The notes beneath the pieces were generated by a model. The model ran no database searches. It was not told the DNA's origin and saw only the letters and a list, made by a program, of their open reading frames with translations. From Bacteroidota bacterium (GTDB lineage Bacteria > Bacteroidota > Bacteroidia > Bacteroidales > Lentimicrobiaceae), in NCBI GenBank assembly GCA_023434665.1, contig JAEYSM010000028.1, positions 25,142 to 89,141 on the forward strand: DNA of 64,000 bases. The letters are read 5' to 3'. Made by a program: the position numbers and the translations under genes. Of this stretch, positions 48,955 through 58,037 are shown in pieces (position 1 is the stretch's first letter; each line of letters begins with the position of its first letter).

Positions 48955-48990
48955 AATAGAAAAACCGTCACGGGGTATTTGTGACGGTTT
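48955..48990 (-). terminator. Terminator of the beta-barrel gene 49038..49676
   Basis: Perfect 10-bp stem AAACCGTCAC/GTGACGGTTT, 9-nt loop, T-rich tract on the minus strand. Confidence 0.8.
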
Positions 48991-49037
48991 CGTTGAGGGG
49001 AGAGGAGGGATTCTTTAATTTTTTGAATACACCAGAT

Positions 49038-49676
49038 TTAGAAGCGATATCCTACTGATAAACCAAAACCTGTGTTTTTCCATACCGTATCATCATCCAC
49101 CCAATAATCAGGGAAAATATCCAGTAGCCCTAATTGAGCATTGAGCTGAAATGAAACCATATTAGCAAACTCATAACCAATTATAAAGTTAGCACCCGCA
49201 TCAAAAGCTTTTAAATAAATTACATCATCCGGGTCACTTTCCACCACTTCATTCTGAAATTCGACATCGAAATCTCTTTCAGTTGCTTTTCCTCCAATTC
49301 CATAACCTAGGTAAGGTCCAAGGCCCAAAAGCATATGACCTGTTCCAAGTAAGGGTTTGAAAACCAAATTCAATGGCAACTCAATATAGGATAGAGATAA
49401 TTTAGAACTCATTATGTCACTCATTTCAAGTTTACTCCCTTTTGTTGAGAATAATAAACCTGGCTGAAAATAGATATCGGTCCCAACCGGAACTTCATAA
49501 TTAACACCGGCATGAAATCCGGTTGTGAGTTTATTTTCAAGGTTATCACCTTCGAAATCTTTTCCATTGACATTCTGAAAATTAATGCCTGCCCTTACAC
49601 CGAATCCCTGAGCATATATATTATTTGCCAGGAAAGCAAGGGTAAAAATTATAATTAATGTTTTGAATGTTTTCAT
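49038..49676 (-). CDS. Outer-membrane beta-barrel protein (OmpW/porin-family-like)
   Basis: Start moved to MKTFKTLIIIFTLAFLANNIYAQ. C-terminal GLSVGYRF. Confidence 0.7.
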   Translation of the reverse strand: MKTFKTLIIIFTLAFLANNIYAQGFGVRAGINFQNVNGKDFEGDNLENKLTTGFHAGVNYEVPVGTDIYFQPGLLFSTKGSKLEMSDIMSSKLSLSYIELPLNLVFKPLLGTGHMLLGLGPYLGYGIGGKATERDFDVEFQNEVVESDPDDVIYLKAFDAGANFIIGYEFANMVSFQLNAQLGLLDIFPDYWVDDDTVWKNTGFGLSVGYRF

Positions 49677-49726
49677 AATAATAAGTTTTTTAATGAACAT
49701 CCGTCGCTTTGATATCATATAGGATA

Positions 49727-50398
49727 TCAATTGCCACTACCGGCTTCTTTTTGTGCATCTCTGATCATTTTCTCATTAGCAGTGATTAAAAACTCAACTC
49801 TTCTGTTTTGCGCCCTGCCATCTTCAGTGTCATTACTATATTTTGGAACAGTCTCTCCAAAACCGACAGTATTGACTCTCGTACTAGTAATATTGTTCAT
49901 AACAAGATAATTAGCTACTGTTAAGGCACGTCTCTCAGAAAGGGATTGGTTATAATTTTCAGACCCTTTGCTATCTGTATGACCTTGAATTTCAATATCA
50001 GTGTCGGGATACTTATTAAGAATTTCAATAAGACTTGAAAGATTCCTTGTAGCTTCAGGAGTTAAGTCAGATTTATCAAATCCAAACAAAACTTTTCCAC
50101 TGAATTCAACCACAATTCCTTCTCCAACACGTTCAACTTTTGCTCCGGGTACTTCCCGTTCCATTTCAGCAGCCTGCTTATCCATCTGCTTTCCAATTAC
50201 AGCACCAGCAACTCCACCAACAGTGGCACCAATAATGGCGCCCATTCCGGTATTTCCGGCTGCTCTGCCAATAACTGCTCCGGTAGCACCACCACCAGCA
50301 GCTCCGATTACTGCACCTTTTTGCGACCTGTTCATAGAAGAACAGCCCAAAAATGTCAGTGAAATCAAAAGAATATAGACTATATTATATTTTTTCAT
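49727..50398 (-). CDS. OmpA-family lipoprotein with an N-terminal glycine-zipper
   Basis: Start moved to MKKYNIVYILLISLTFLGCSS (lipobox). Gly-zipper GAVIGAAGGGATGAVIG.., OmpA_C motif GHTDS.GS..YN..LS.RRA. Confidence 0.85.
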   Translation of the reverse strand: MKKYNIVYILLISLTFLGCSSMNRSQKGAVIGAAGGGATGAVIGRAAGNTGMGAIIGATVGGVAGAVIGKQMDKQAAEMEREVPGAKVERVGEGIVVEFSGKVLFGFDKSDLTPEATRNLSSLIEILNKYPDTDIEIQGHTDSKGSENYNQSLSERRALTVANYLVMNNITSTRVNTVGFGETVPKYSNDTEDGRAQNRRVEFLITANEKMIRDAQKEAGSGN

Positions 50399-50474
50399 CT
50401 CTTTACTTTTTTGTGAACCTGTGTGAATTATAATTCTGTGATTAAGCAAGTAATAATTGTTGACTACTCAATAA

Positions 50475-51353
50475 TTAAAACCTGATTTTTTTCATTTTAG
50501 GTTTTGTATCACCACCGGTTTTGCCTGTTTGATCACCCTGACCTGATTTTTTCGAAGATTGATTATAATACTTCATCGCTTCAGGCATGATGTTCCTCAA
50601 TTTATCTATTCTTGTATCATCTGCTGGGTGAGTACTTAAGAATTCTGGCGGTTTTGCCCCACCTGAATTCGCCATCCTTTCCCAGAATGGGATAGCAACC
50701 TGTGGATCATATCCTGCCATAGCAGAAAAAAATAATCCAAATTTGTCAGCTTCAAGTTCTTCCTTTCTTGAGAAGGGAAGAATTGCACCAACTGTCGTTC
50801 CTATACCATAGGATGTCATAAAAATATTTTGGGTTTGTTGTGGTTGGTTTGCAATGGCTACTTGTAGAGCAACCCCACCAAGTTGTTGAATCAATTGTTG
50901 ACTCATACGCTCATTTCCATGTTGAGCAATGGCATGTGCAATTTCATGACCTACAACAACCGCTAAAGCATCTTCCGTTTGTGTAACGGGCAAAAGTCCG
51001 GTATATACAACTACCTTTCCTCCTGGCATACACCAGGCATTTATATCCCCACTCTCCACGAGATTAAATTCCCAATTATAACCGGAAAGTACATCTCCCT
51101 GTCCGGTACTATTGTAATAGTTTGTAATAGCATCGGCAATGTTTGAACCAACCCGTTTAACCATCGCTGCTTCAGTGTTATTGGATGGATTCAAGACTTT
51201 ATTTTCCTTTAAAAAGTCGCTGTATTGCTGATTAGCCATCATCTGTAATTCAGATTCCGGCACAAGGCTCAACTGTTTTCGCCCTGTTACTCTGTTTGTA
51301 GTGCAACCTCCAATTATTGTCGCAACTAAAAATAATGTCAGTAATTTTTTCAT
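50475..51353 (-). CDS. M48-family zinc metallopeptidase lipoprotein (LoiP/YggG-like)
   Basis: 292 aa. Lipobox IIGGC, HEIAH zinc motif, a downstream E..AD segment, K/G-rich tail. Confidence 0.85.
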   Translation of the reverse strand: MKKLLTLFLVATIIGGCTTNRVTGRKQLSLVPESELQMMANQQYSDFLKENKVLNPSNNTEAAMVKRVGSNIADAITNYYNSTGQGDVLSGYNWEFNLVESGDINAWCMPGGKVVVYTGLLPVTQTEDALAVVVGHEIAHAIAQHGNERMSQQLIQQLGGVALQVAIANQPQQTQNIFMTSYGIGTTVGAILPFSRKEELEADKFGLFFSAMAGYDPQVAIPFWERMANSGGAKPPEFLSTHPADDTRIDKLRNIMPEAMKYYNQSSKKSGQGDQTGKTGGDTKPKMKKIRF

Positions 51354-51439
51354 AAAAACTTGCGTTTTTTCTGGTTTTTACCATTTAATTCAAATATGAT
51401 GCCAGATAAGCAGGCTAAATATAGCTAAAAATTAACTAT

Positions 51440-51820
51440 CTATAGCAATAATATTAGTAATAATAAAATAATTATAACGGCACCCACAGAAAGGTAAACT
51501 CCACCGCTTAATTCAGCAAGTTCTTTCTTTATTTCTCTTACTTCTGACCTTAGTTCTTTTCGCTCCACTGCGGTAAGTTTTGATTTGTCGATGTCACGCA
51601 ACTCAATTAGCCTTTCATTAAGCAGTCTCGCTCTTTCTTCATTTTTCAGTTCATCCAAATCTTTTGAGTCAATCTCTTTGGTATTCATCCTTTCATCAAT
51701 TGCTTCTAATTTAACCTCACTGGAATTATTTTCCTTTGTTGGAATATTATCAGCAAGTGATTTTGAACCACAAATAGATACAATCATTAGTATCACGAGA
51801 AGTATATTGATCTTTTTCAT
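51440..51820 (-). CDS. Hypothetical protein: signal peptide, charged coiled coil, C-terminal TM anchor
   Basis: 126 aa. E/K/R-rich helix and a terminal GAVIIILLLLILLL. Confidence 0.5.
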   Translation of the reverse strand: MKKINILLVILMIVSICGSKSLADNIPTKENNSSEVKLEAIDERMNTKEIDSKDLDELKNEERARLLNERLIELRDIDKSKLTAVERKELRSEVREIKKELAELSGGVYLSVGAVIIILLLLILLL

Positions 51821-52009
51821 CTAAATAAGTTTTACGAGTGAATATGCAAAGATGATATATCAATCATCAAAATACGTTACACTTCTCAATCGAATTTTTA
51901 CATAATTTCCCACTTACAATATGAAAATCTATAACTTCCCGACAACTGTCTATAGTTATTATATAAACTTAAATGATTAAAATATAATGAGTTACGAAAA
52001 GAAAGGCAA

Positions 52010-52017
52010 TACCTTTG
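52010..52017 (+). promoter_or_regulatory. -7 box TACCTTTG
   Basis: TAnnTTTG match 34 nt upstream of the ATG at 52052. Confidence 0.45.
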
Positions 52018-52051
52018 TCAAAACTAAAATAACTTGTCAATCTCAAATTTT

Positions 52052-52282
52052 ATGAAAAAAGAAATAGTTTCAAAAGAGAAACAAAACCAGAATAATCAAA
52101 TTAGTACGATAAAAAGCAGAGAATCAATTGCAAATAAAATCCATCTTTCAGGATGTGCAGCGTGCGCTTCTGATCATCCGGAGGAAGAAAGTTCCAAAGT
52201 GAAAATTAGCAGCAAAGAAAAGATCTATACGGTCAATGACATACCTTTTGTATGTCTCTGTGATGAGATAAAGGGTATTTGA
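52052..52282 (+). CDS. Hypothetical small Cys-containing protein
   Basis: 76 aa from the ATG at 52052 (MKKEIVSKEK..). It has CAAC and CLC pairs and its own promoter-like box. No family recognised. Confidence 0.35.
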   Translation: MKKEIVSKEKQNQNNQISTIKSRESIANKIHLSGCAACASDHPEEESSKVKISSKEKIYTVNDIPFVCLCDEIKGI

Positions 52283-52292
52283 GAGTAAACTC

Positions 52293-53135
52293 CTATACTT
52301 TCTTTTCTAAAAGTCTGATTCCAGAATTTTCAATAATGATTTTTCTTGATTTATAGAGCCTCCCTAATGCCTGTTTAAAGTTTTTCTTGCTAATACTAAA
52401 AGTCAGGTAAATTTCTTCTGGTGTATTCTTTTCGGTAAGGGGTACAAATCCATTATTTTGTTTAAGAACATCTATCACATTTTCACACAGGTCATCAATC
52501 TTTGTAATATATCCGGTTTTGTAAAGGCTTATATCTACTTTGCCATCATCCCTTATTGCATTGATGTATCCTTTGATTTTTTGTCCTTTCCTGATAGGCT
52601 GAAACACCTGATTTGCATAAATAACACCTTCATACTTGTTATCAATAATCGCTTTAAAGCCCAGATCAGTTGCTGCATAAATTAACAGATCAACTTCTTG
52701 ACCTCTTTCCAACGCGGATGTGTCAGTATCGATATATTTTTCAATCAATGTTGAAGCAGCAATTCTGTTTTTATCATCAGCATACACAAAAACTATGACT
52801 TTTGCACCTTCTTCAACTTTATATTTCTGCTCTCTATATGGCAACAAAAGGTCTTTGTCAAGGCCCCAGTCGAGGAAAGCTCCAACAGGATTCACTGCTT
52901 TAACAGTCAGATAAGCAAACTCGTCTCTAATAGCCAGAGGCTTTTGGGTAGTTGCAATTATCCGGTCAGATGAATCAAAATACAGGAACACATCAAGCTC
53001 ATCATCGGGAGTACTCGAGTCGGGAACCCATTTCATTGGAAGCAATATTTCTCCATATTCACCTCCATCGAGATATACTCCAAAATCCACAATCTTTGTG
53101 ATCCTGAGCTTATTATATTTTCCGGGTATTGCCAT
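52293..53135 (-). CDS. S1 RNA-binding domain protein (CvfB/YitL family)
   Basis: 280 aa. Repeated S1-like segments (G.ILLP..., GAFLDWGL.KDLLLP) and a C-terminal winged-helix-like segment. Confidence 0.8.
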   Translation of the reverse strand: MAIPGKYNKLRITKIVDFGVYLDGGEYGEILLPMKWVPDSSTPDDELDVFLYFDSSDRIIATTQKPLAIRDEFAYLTVKAVNPVGAFLDWGLDKDLLLPYREQKYKVEEGAKVIVFVYADDKNRIAASTLIEKYIDTDTSALERGQEVDLLIYAATDLGFKAIIDNKYEGVIYANQVFQPIRKGQKIKGYINAIRDDGKVDISLYKTGYITKIDDLCENVIDVLKQNNGFVPLTEKNTPEEIYLTFSISKKNFKQALGRLYKSRKIIIENSGIRLLEKKV

Positions 53136-53162
53136 CTATTTTTTTACTAAATCTATTCCTAT

Positions 53163-54521
53163 TTAACTAAAAAGCAATGCTGCTAGTTGTTCAATTTTAC
53201 TAATTGCTTCAATTTTAATTGTTTTTGAAGCGATCTTTGCTGATTTAAGATTATTCTTTGAAATCACAATGGTATTAAATCCAATCTTTTCAGCTTCAGT
53301 GACTCTTTGTTCAATTCTGTTAACAGGTCGGATTTCTCCTGATAAGCCTATTTCACCAGCAAAACAAATTTTCTGAGGTATAGGGATGTCTGTATTTGAT
53401 GACAAAATAGCACTTACAATGGCTAGGTCAGTAGCAGGATCTGCAACTTTAATCCCTCCCGCTATATTCAGGAAGACATCTTTCGAACCAAGTTTAAAGC
53501 CACATCTTTTCTCCAATACAGCCAGTAGCATATTTAACCGCCGGTTATCAAAACCAGTGGTTGATCTCTGAGGAGTCCCGTATGCCGCTGTACTCACAAG
53601 CGCTTGGGTCTCTATTAATATTGGCCTCAACCCCTCAAGTGTTGCAGCAATAGCAGTACCACTTAAAAGTTCTTCGTGCTGGCCAAGCAAAAGTTCCGAA
53701 GGATTTGAAATTTCACGTAATCCTGAATTGACCATTTCATAGATACCTAACTCCGAAGTACTCCCAAATCTATTCTTTACTGAGCGCAAAATCCTGAATC
53801 CGTAATTTCTATCACCTTCAAACTGGAGAACAGTATCCACCATATGTTCAAGGACTTTAGGGCCTGCCAGAGATCCCTCTTTAGTGATATGTCCAATCAA
53901 AAAAACAGGAACACCTGTCCGTTTGGCAAATTGCGACATTTCAAAAGCTGACTCCCTGATTTGTGAAACACTACCGGGTGATGAATCTAAATTATCACTT
54001 TCAAGTGTCTGAATAGAATCAATAAGCACTATTTCTGGTTTCACCTTTTCACATTGGGCTAGTATGCCTGAGGTAGATGTTTCGGTAAGTATATAACACT
54101 GATCATTCATTACACCGATTCTTTCAGCCCTCATCCTGATTTGTTGTTCACTTTCTTCACCCGAAACATACAGGAATCTCAAATTTTTAAGGTTAAGTGC
54201 AACCTGTAGCATAAGTGTTGATTTGCCGATGCCCGGCTCCCCTCCAATTAAAATTACAGAACCAGCAACCAGTCCCCCACCAAGAACCCTGTTTAATTCA
54301 ACATTATTGGTATTAATCCTTGTTTCGGCTCCTAATGTTACATCTTTAATTTTTACAGCAACTCTTTCTCCATATTGTTTTAGAGTCAAACCTTTGTCTT
54401 CCTTCTGAATAACCTCCTCAATAAAAGTATTCCATTCACCGCAAGATGGACATTTACCCAACCACTTGGCTGATTCGTTACCACAATTCCTACAAAAAAA
54501 AGCTGTTTTAACTTTAGCCAT
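53163..54521 (-). CDS. radA: DNA repair protein RadA/Sms
   Basis: 452 aa. C4 zinc finger CRNCG..CPSCGEW, Walker A GEPGIGKST, KNRFG motif, Lon-like C-terminus. Confidence 0.95.
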   Translation of the reverse strand: MAKVKTAFFCRNCGNESAKWLGKCPSCGEWNTFIEEVIQKEDKGLTLKQYGERVAVKIKDVTLGAETRINTNNVELNRVLGGGLVAGSVILIGGEPGIGKSTLMLQVALNLKNLRFLYVSGEESEQQIRMRAERIGVMNDQCYILTETSTSGILAQCEKVKPEIVLIDSIQTLESDNLDSSPGSVSQIRESAFEMSQFAKRTGVPVFLIGHITKEGSLAGPKVLEHMVDTVLQFEGDRNYGFRILRSVKNRFGSTSELGIYEMVNSGLREISNPSELLLGQHEELLSGTAIAATLEGLRPILIETQALVSTAAYGTPQRSTTGFDNRRLNMLLAVLEKRCGFKLGSKDVFLNIAGGIKVADPATDLAIVSAILSSNTDIPIPQKICFAGEIGLSGEIRPVNRIEQRVTEAEKIGFNTIVISKNNLKSAKIASKTIKIEAISKIEQLAALLFS

Positions 54522-54528
54522 GGTTTAA

Positions 54529-55020
54529 TCAGTTTTCCTTAATCTTACGTTCAATATTTGTTGTTGAAAAGCCTGGCAGGTATTCGAGGGTAATTACCTT
54601 ACCCCCTTTTGTAAGCACAATATCATGACCAACAATTTCTTCTATGCTATAATCAGCTCCTTTTACAAGTATATCTGGTTCAATTTGTTTGATGAGCTGA
54701 TAAGGGGTTTCTTCTCCAAAAAGAACCACAGCTGAGACAAATACAAAAGAAGCCAGAGTGAGTGCTCTTGAATATTCATCAATTATCGGTCGGTTTTTGC
54801 CTTTTAATAATGAAACTGACTCATCGGTATTAAGTCCAATAATGAGTACATCGCCAAGATCCGCTGCTTTTGAAAGATAATCAATATGCCCCCGATGAAT
54901 CAGATCGAAACATCCATTTGTAAAAACCAGCTTTTTACCATTTTTCTTCCATTCCTTCAGTTGTCTGTCGAGAGTCTGAGAATGAAGGATCTTTGATTGG
55001 ATTTGATCCAGATATGCCAT
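54529..55020 (-). CDS. D-glycero-beta-D-manno-heptose 1-phosphate adenylyltransferase-like cytidylyltransferase (RfaE domain II type)
   Basis: Start moved to MAYLDQ.. (ATG at 55020). Has the TNGCFDLIHRGH nucleotidyltransferase motif. Confidence 0.8.
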   Translation of the reverse strand: MAYLDQIQSKILHSQTLDRQLKEWKKNGKKLVFTNGCFDLIHRGHIDYLSKAADLGDVLIIGLNTDESVSLLKGKNRPIIDEYSRALTLASFVFVSAVVLFGEETPYQLIKQIEPDILVKGADYSIEEIVGHDIVLTKGGKVITLEYLPGFSTTNIERKIKEN

Positions 55021-56026
55021 GTGTTTTCCTGTTAAAGGTATGTAACAAAAGTAGCGAAAAAACTCCGGCAATTAGAATCATTATGGTCTGACTTGCCCAT
55101 ATAAGCCACCCCATTGCGTATCCGGTAATGGAATTTATCGAAAAAAGAACCAATGTTTCAGCAACAATTGCAGGATAAATACCAATCCCTCCCTGTACTA
55201 TCATTATTCCGATGGATCCAAAAACCAAAACAGTCAATCCGGCTTTTAATGAAAGCGAGGAAGTTTCCTGCAAAGAAAAGAAAACCACATACGACATTAA
55301 AAGATATAAAACCCAGATTGCGACGGTATAACCAATGAATAACCATGGTCTTTTAATTCTTAATAGCGATTTCATTCCAGTTAAAAATCCCGACACCAGA
55401 TTATTGATTTTCAAATAGAATTTGGTAGTTCTGATTGAAGCCCTGAAGAAGAAAAACAGAATAACAAGGGTGATAAATAAAGATAAGATAACCCATAAAA
55501 TGCTAGAATTCCCTTCCGTCGGGAAATGGAATTTTGACATAATGGGCTCGTAAATTCTTTCGCTGACATAAACACTCAGAGCTTCTGACATGGTTAAAAT
55601 CATCACGAAAAATAAAACTACATACGTCATTAGATCAATCGCCCTTTCAGTAATTACGGTGCCAAATGATTTGTTGAAAGGAATCTTTTCATACTTTGTA
55701 AGAATTCCGCATCTGCTAACTTCTCCAAGTCGTGGCAGTGCCAGATTTGCAAGGTAAGCAATAAGGACAGCCATATAAACATTCAGCTTTCGTGGTTTAA
55801 AGCCCAATGGTTCCATAAGCATTCGCCATCTGAGAGCTCTTACCCAATGGCTTAACATCCCAAGAAAAATCCCTAAAATAATCCATGAATAATCGGCCAT
55901 TTTTAAGGCGCGGACAATATCTCCCCTTTGTTCACTATCCAGATTCCTCAGAAATAACCATATAAAAAAGATCCCTATTCCAAGAAAAAAAATGAACCTG
56001 AGAGAAACTAAAAAAATTCTTTTCAA
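54935..56026 (-). CDS. UPF0104 / lysylphosphatidylglycerol-synthase-TM-region-like (flippase-like) membrane protein
   Basis: 363 aa polytopic protein. Its TTG start lies 1 nt after the panD stop, and its 3' end overlaps the next gene by 86 nt. Confidence 0.65.
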   Translation of the reverse strand: MKRIFLVSLRFIFFLGIGIFFIWLFLRNLDSEQRGDIVRALKMADYSWIILGIFLGMLSHWVRALRWRMLMEPLGFKPRKLNVYMAVLIAYLANLALPRLGEVSRCGILTKYEKIPFNKSFGTVITERAIDLMTYVVLFFVMILTMSEALSVYVSERIYEPIMSKFHFPTEGNSSILWVILSLFITLVILFFFFRASIRTTKFYLKINNLVSGFLTGMKSLLRIKRPWLFIGYTVAIWVLYLLMSYVVFFSLQETSSLSLKAGLTVLVFGSIGIMIVQGGIGIYPAIVAETLVLFSINSITGYAMGWLIWASQTIMILIAGVFSLLLLHTFNRKTHGISGSNPIKDPSFSDSRQTTEGMEEKW

Positions 56027-56027
56027 C

Positions 56028-56378
56028 CTATTTTACGATTTTATTGAACTGATCCGGGAAAACAATTGCAGGAGTATGATTCTTTGCCTCTTCAGTTGTC
56101 ATATGAGCAAAAGCAGCAATTATAACCAAGTCGCCCGGTTCTGCTTTTCGCGCAGCAGCACCGTTCAATGATACCATCCCTGAACCTCTTATTGCTTTAA
56201 TAACATAAGTTTCCAGTCGTTCACCATTATTGATATTTAATACCTGAACCTTTTCAAATTCAACTAGATTTGCAGCTTCCATTAAATCTTCGTCAATTCC
56301 GATACTTCCAATATAATGGAGGTTGGCCTCAGTGATTGTGGCTCTATGAATTTTTGACTTTAATATTTCCAGGGTCAT
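56028..56378 (-). CDS. panD: Aspartate 1-decarboxylase
   Basis: 116 aa. [16 protein letters not shown] self-processing Gly-Ser site. Confidence 0.95.
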   Translation of the reverse strand: MTLEILKSKIHRATITEANLHYIGSIGIDEDLMEAANLVEFEKVQVLNINNGERLETYVIKAIRGSGMVSLNGAAARKAEPGDLVIIAAFAHMTTEEAKNHTPAIVFPDQFNKIVK

Positions 56379-56393
56379 AATTTTGCAAAAATA

Positions 56394-57233
56394 CTAAATT
56401 AAGCGAATGTTGTCGATTAGTCGGATGTCTCCAGCATTTACAGCTATAAAGGCATACGAATTATCTGTGATTGCACCAGTAATTGGTTTAAGACTGTCTC
56501 CGTCAGCTATTTCTATATATTCTAAAGACAACAAAGGATGTGCCGCAAAAGACTTTTCAATTTCCTGACGCAGTTCTTCTGCTGGATAATTACCTGACAT
56601 TTCTCTTGCCTTTAATAGTTGTTGGTAAATAAATGGGGCAGCCTGCCGCATTTCAGGTTTTAATCTAATATTCCTCGAGCTTCTCGCCAAACCGTCTTCC
56701 TCCCGACTTATCGGACAAGGGATAATCTTAACCGGAGAATTAATTTGAGAAACAAGTGATTTTATAATCATTAGCTGTTGGTAGTCTTTTTCTCCAAAAT
56801 AAGCTTTATGAGGCTTGACAATCTTAAACAGTCGTTCTACCACAATAGCCACTCCATTGAAATGACCTGGCCTGAATTTTCCTTCCATCACGTTTCCCAA
56901 ATCACCAAATTCATAAGTTTCAGTGATTTCATCAGGATACATATCTTCAACAGAAGGAACAAACGCAATATCTGCACCTGCTTCCTTAAGTAGCATGATA
57001 TCTTTATCAAGATTTCTGGGGTATTTTTCCAGATCTACCGGGTTATTAAACTGTATTGGATTAACGAATATACTGACGATTGTTTTATCATTTTCTTTAA
57101 CCGACCGATTCACCAATGAAATGTGGCCCTCGTGAAGAGCACCCATTGTTGGCACGAATCCAATAGAAAAACCCTTACTTATAAAATTTTGGACATGTTC
57201 TGAAATGTCCTTCCGGGTTTCAAAAGTCAACAT
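56394..57233 (-). CDS. panC: Pantoate--beta-alanine ligase
   Basis: 279 aa. VPTMGALHEGH motif. Confidence 0.95.
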   Translation of the reverse strand: MLTFETRKDISEHVQNFISKGFSIGFVPTMGALHEGHISLVNRSVKENDKTIVSIFVNPIQFNNPVDLEKYPRNLDKDIMLLKEAGADIAFVPSVEDMYPDEITETYEFGDLGNVMEGKFRPGHFNGVAIVVERLFKIVKPHKAYFGEKDYQQLMIIKSLVSQINSPVKIIPCPISREEDGLARSSRNIRLKPEMRQAAPFIYQQLLKAREMSGNYPAEELRQEIEKSFAAHPLLSLEYIEIADGDSLKPITGAITDNSYAFIAVNAGDIRLIDNIRLI

Positions 57234-57243
57234 TGTATAGCTG

Positions 57244-57774
57244 TTACTGATTGTTTGAACTTGTAATAAAATTCACCATATCCTGCTCAATACTTATTTC
57301 AGGGGTTTCAATTATTCTACCTATTTCAGAGCCATTTCTTGATAAAATGAAAGTAGGAACTAAAGTGATTTCAAAATCAGTCAGACAGAAATCCCCACCT
57401 TTTTTTAACCGATCTACAGAAACAGCAAATACTTTCTCCTCAGGATAACCAGCCAAATCAATTATTTTATAAAAATGAGGGACATGTTCTCTACTATCTC
57501 CACACCAAGTACCTAAAACAACAAAAATATCCGGCAGAATATTTCTGTTTTCTTCAAGAATTTTGATGGCTGAAGAATCTGGGATATAAGCATTGTATTC
57601 CTCATCAAACCAAGTGCCCATTTTTTGCAGGCCTTCACGTGTAATTGCTCCAACCAGCATTTCTTTGCCCGAAACACTATCAATCTTCACAATATTTACA
57701 TCCTGGGCTTTTAATGTATTACTTATCAAAAGTATTGCTACTAGAGAAAAGAATGAAGAAACGACTGTTTTCAT
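57244..57774 (-). CDS. Secreted thioredoxin-fold protein (monothiol WCGDS)
   Basis: 176 aa. Signal peptide. WCGDS replaces the WCxxC active site. Confidence 0.65.
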   Translation of the reverse strand: MKTVVSSFFSLVAILLISNTLKAQDVNIVKIDSVSGKEMLVGAITREGLQKMGTWFDEEYNAYIPDSSAIKILEENRNILPDIFVVLGTWCGDSREHVPHFYKIIDLAGYPEEKVFAVSVDRLKKGGDFCLTDFEITLVPTFILSRNGSEIGRIIETPEISIEQDMVNFITSSNNQ

Positions 57775-57797
57775 AAGGAATAATTTTTTTTAGGCAG

Positions 57798-57805
57798 CAA
57801 AGGTA
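57798..57805 (-). promoter_or_regulatory. -7 box (TACCTTTG on the minus strand) heading the trx-like-panC-panD-...-radA string
   Basis: CAAAGGTA on the plus strand, 24 nt upstream of the ATG at 57774. Confidence 0.5.
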
Positions 57806-57982
57806 TAAAAAGCAGACTTATGACTTACATCTGATTTGGCAGTTATGAATGAACCAAAAGGGATGAAAAAGGTTATTAGAAAGTTATAGCAGATTCTTTT
57901 TGAGAAGAAAGGCGTATGTAATAATAACAATCACTATATCAGAGGGATAAAATAACAATAATAATTTTGCTTTGTTTCAACG

Positions 57983-58008
57983 ATTGAGTTTATATTTGCA
58001 TACTCAAT
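57983..58008. promoter_or_regulatory. Inverted repeat ATTGAGT-N12-ACTCAAT enclosing the fldA -7 box TATATTTG (57991..57998)
   Basis: Read directly from the sequence. It ends 29 nt upstream of the ATG at 58038. Confidence 0.35.
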
Positions 58009-58037
58009 AATAAATTCGTACTATAATTAAAACTAGA

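Noticed and set aside
49710-49729. TGATATC-N6-GATATCA inverted repeat at the OmpA-family stop codon.
   Set aside because: The arms are 7 bp and built from the self-complementary GATATC. It overlaps coding sequence, has no T-run, and has weak statistical support.
50001-50378. 125-aa plus-strand ORF rich in Pro/Ala (..APATPPTVAPIMAPIP..).
   Set aside because: It is the antisense image of the Gly-zipper (GGN/GCN codons) of the OmpA-family gene and has no independent support.
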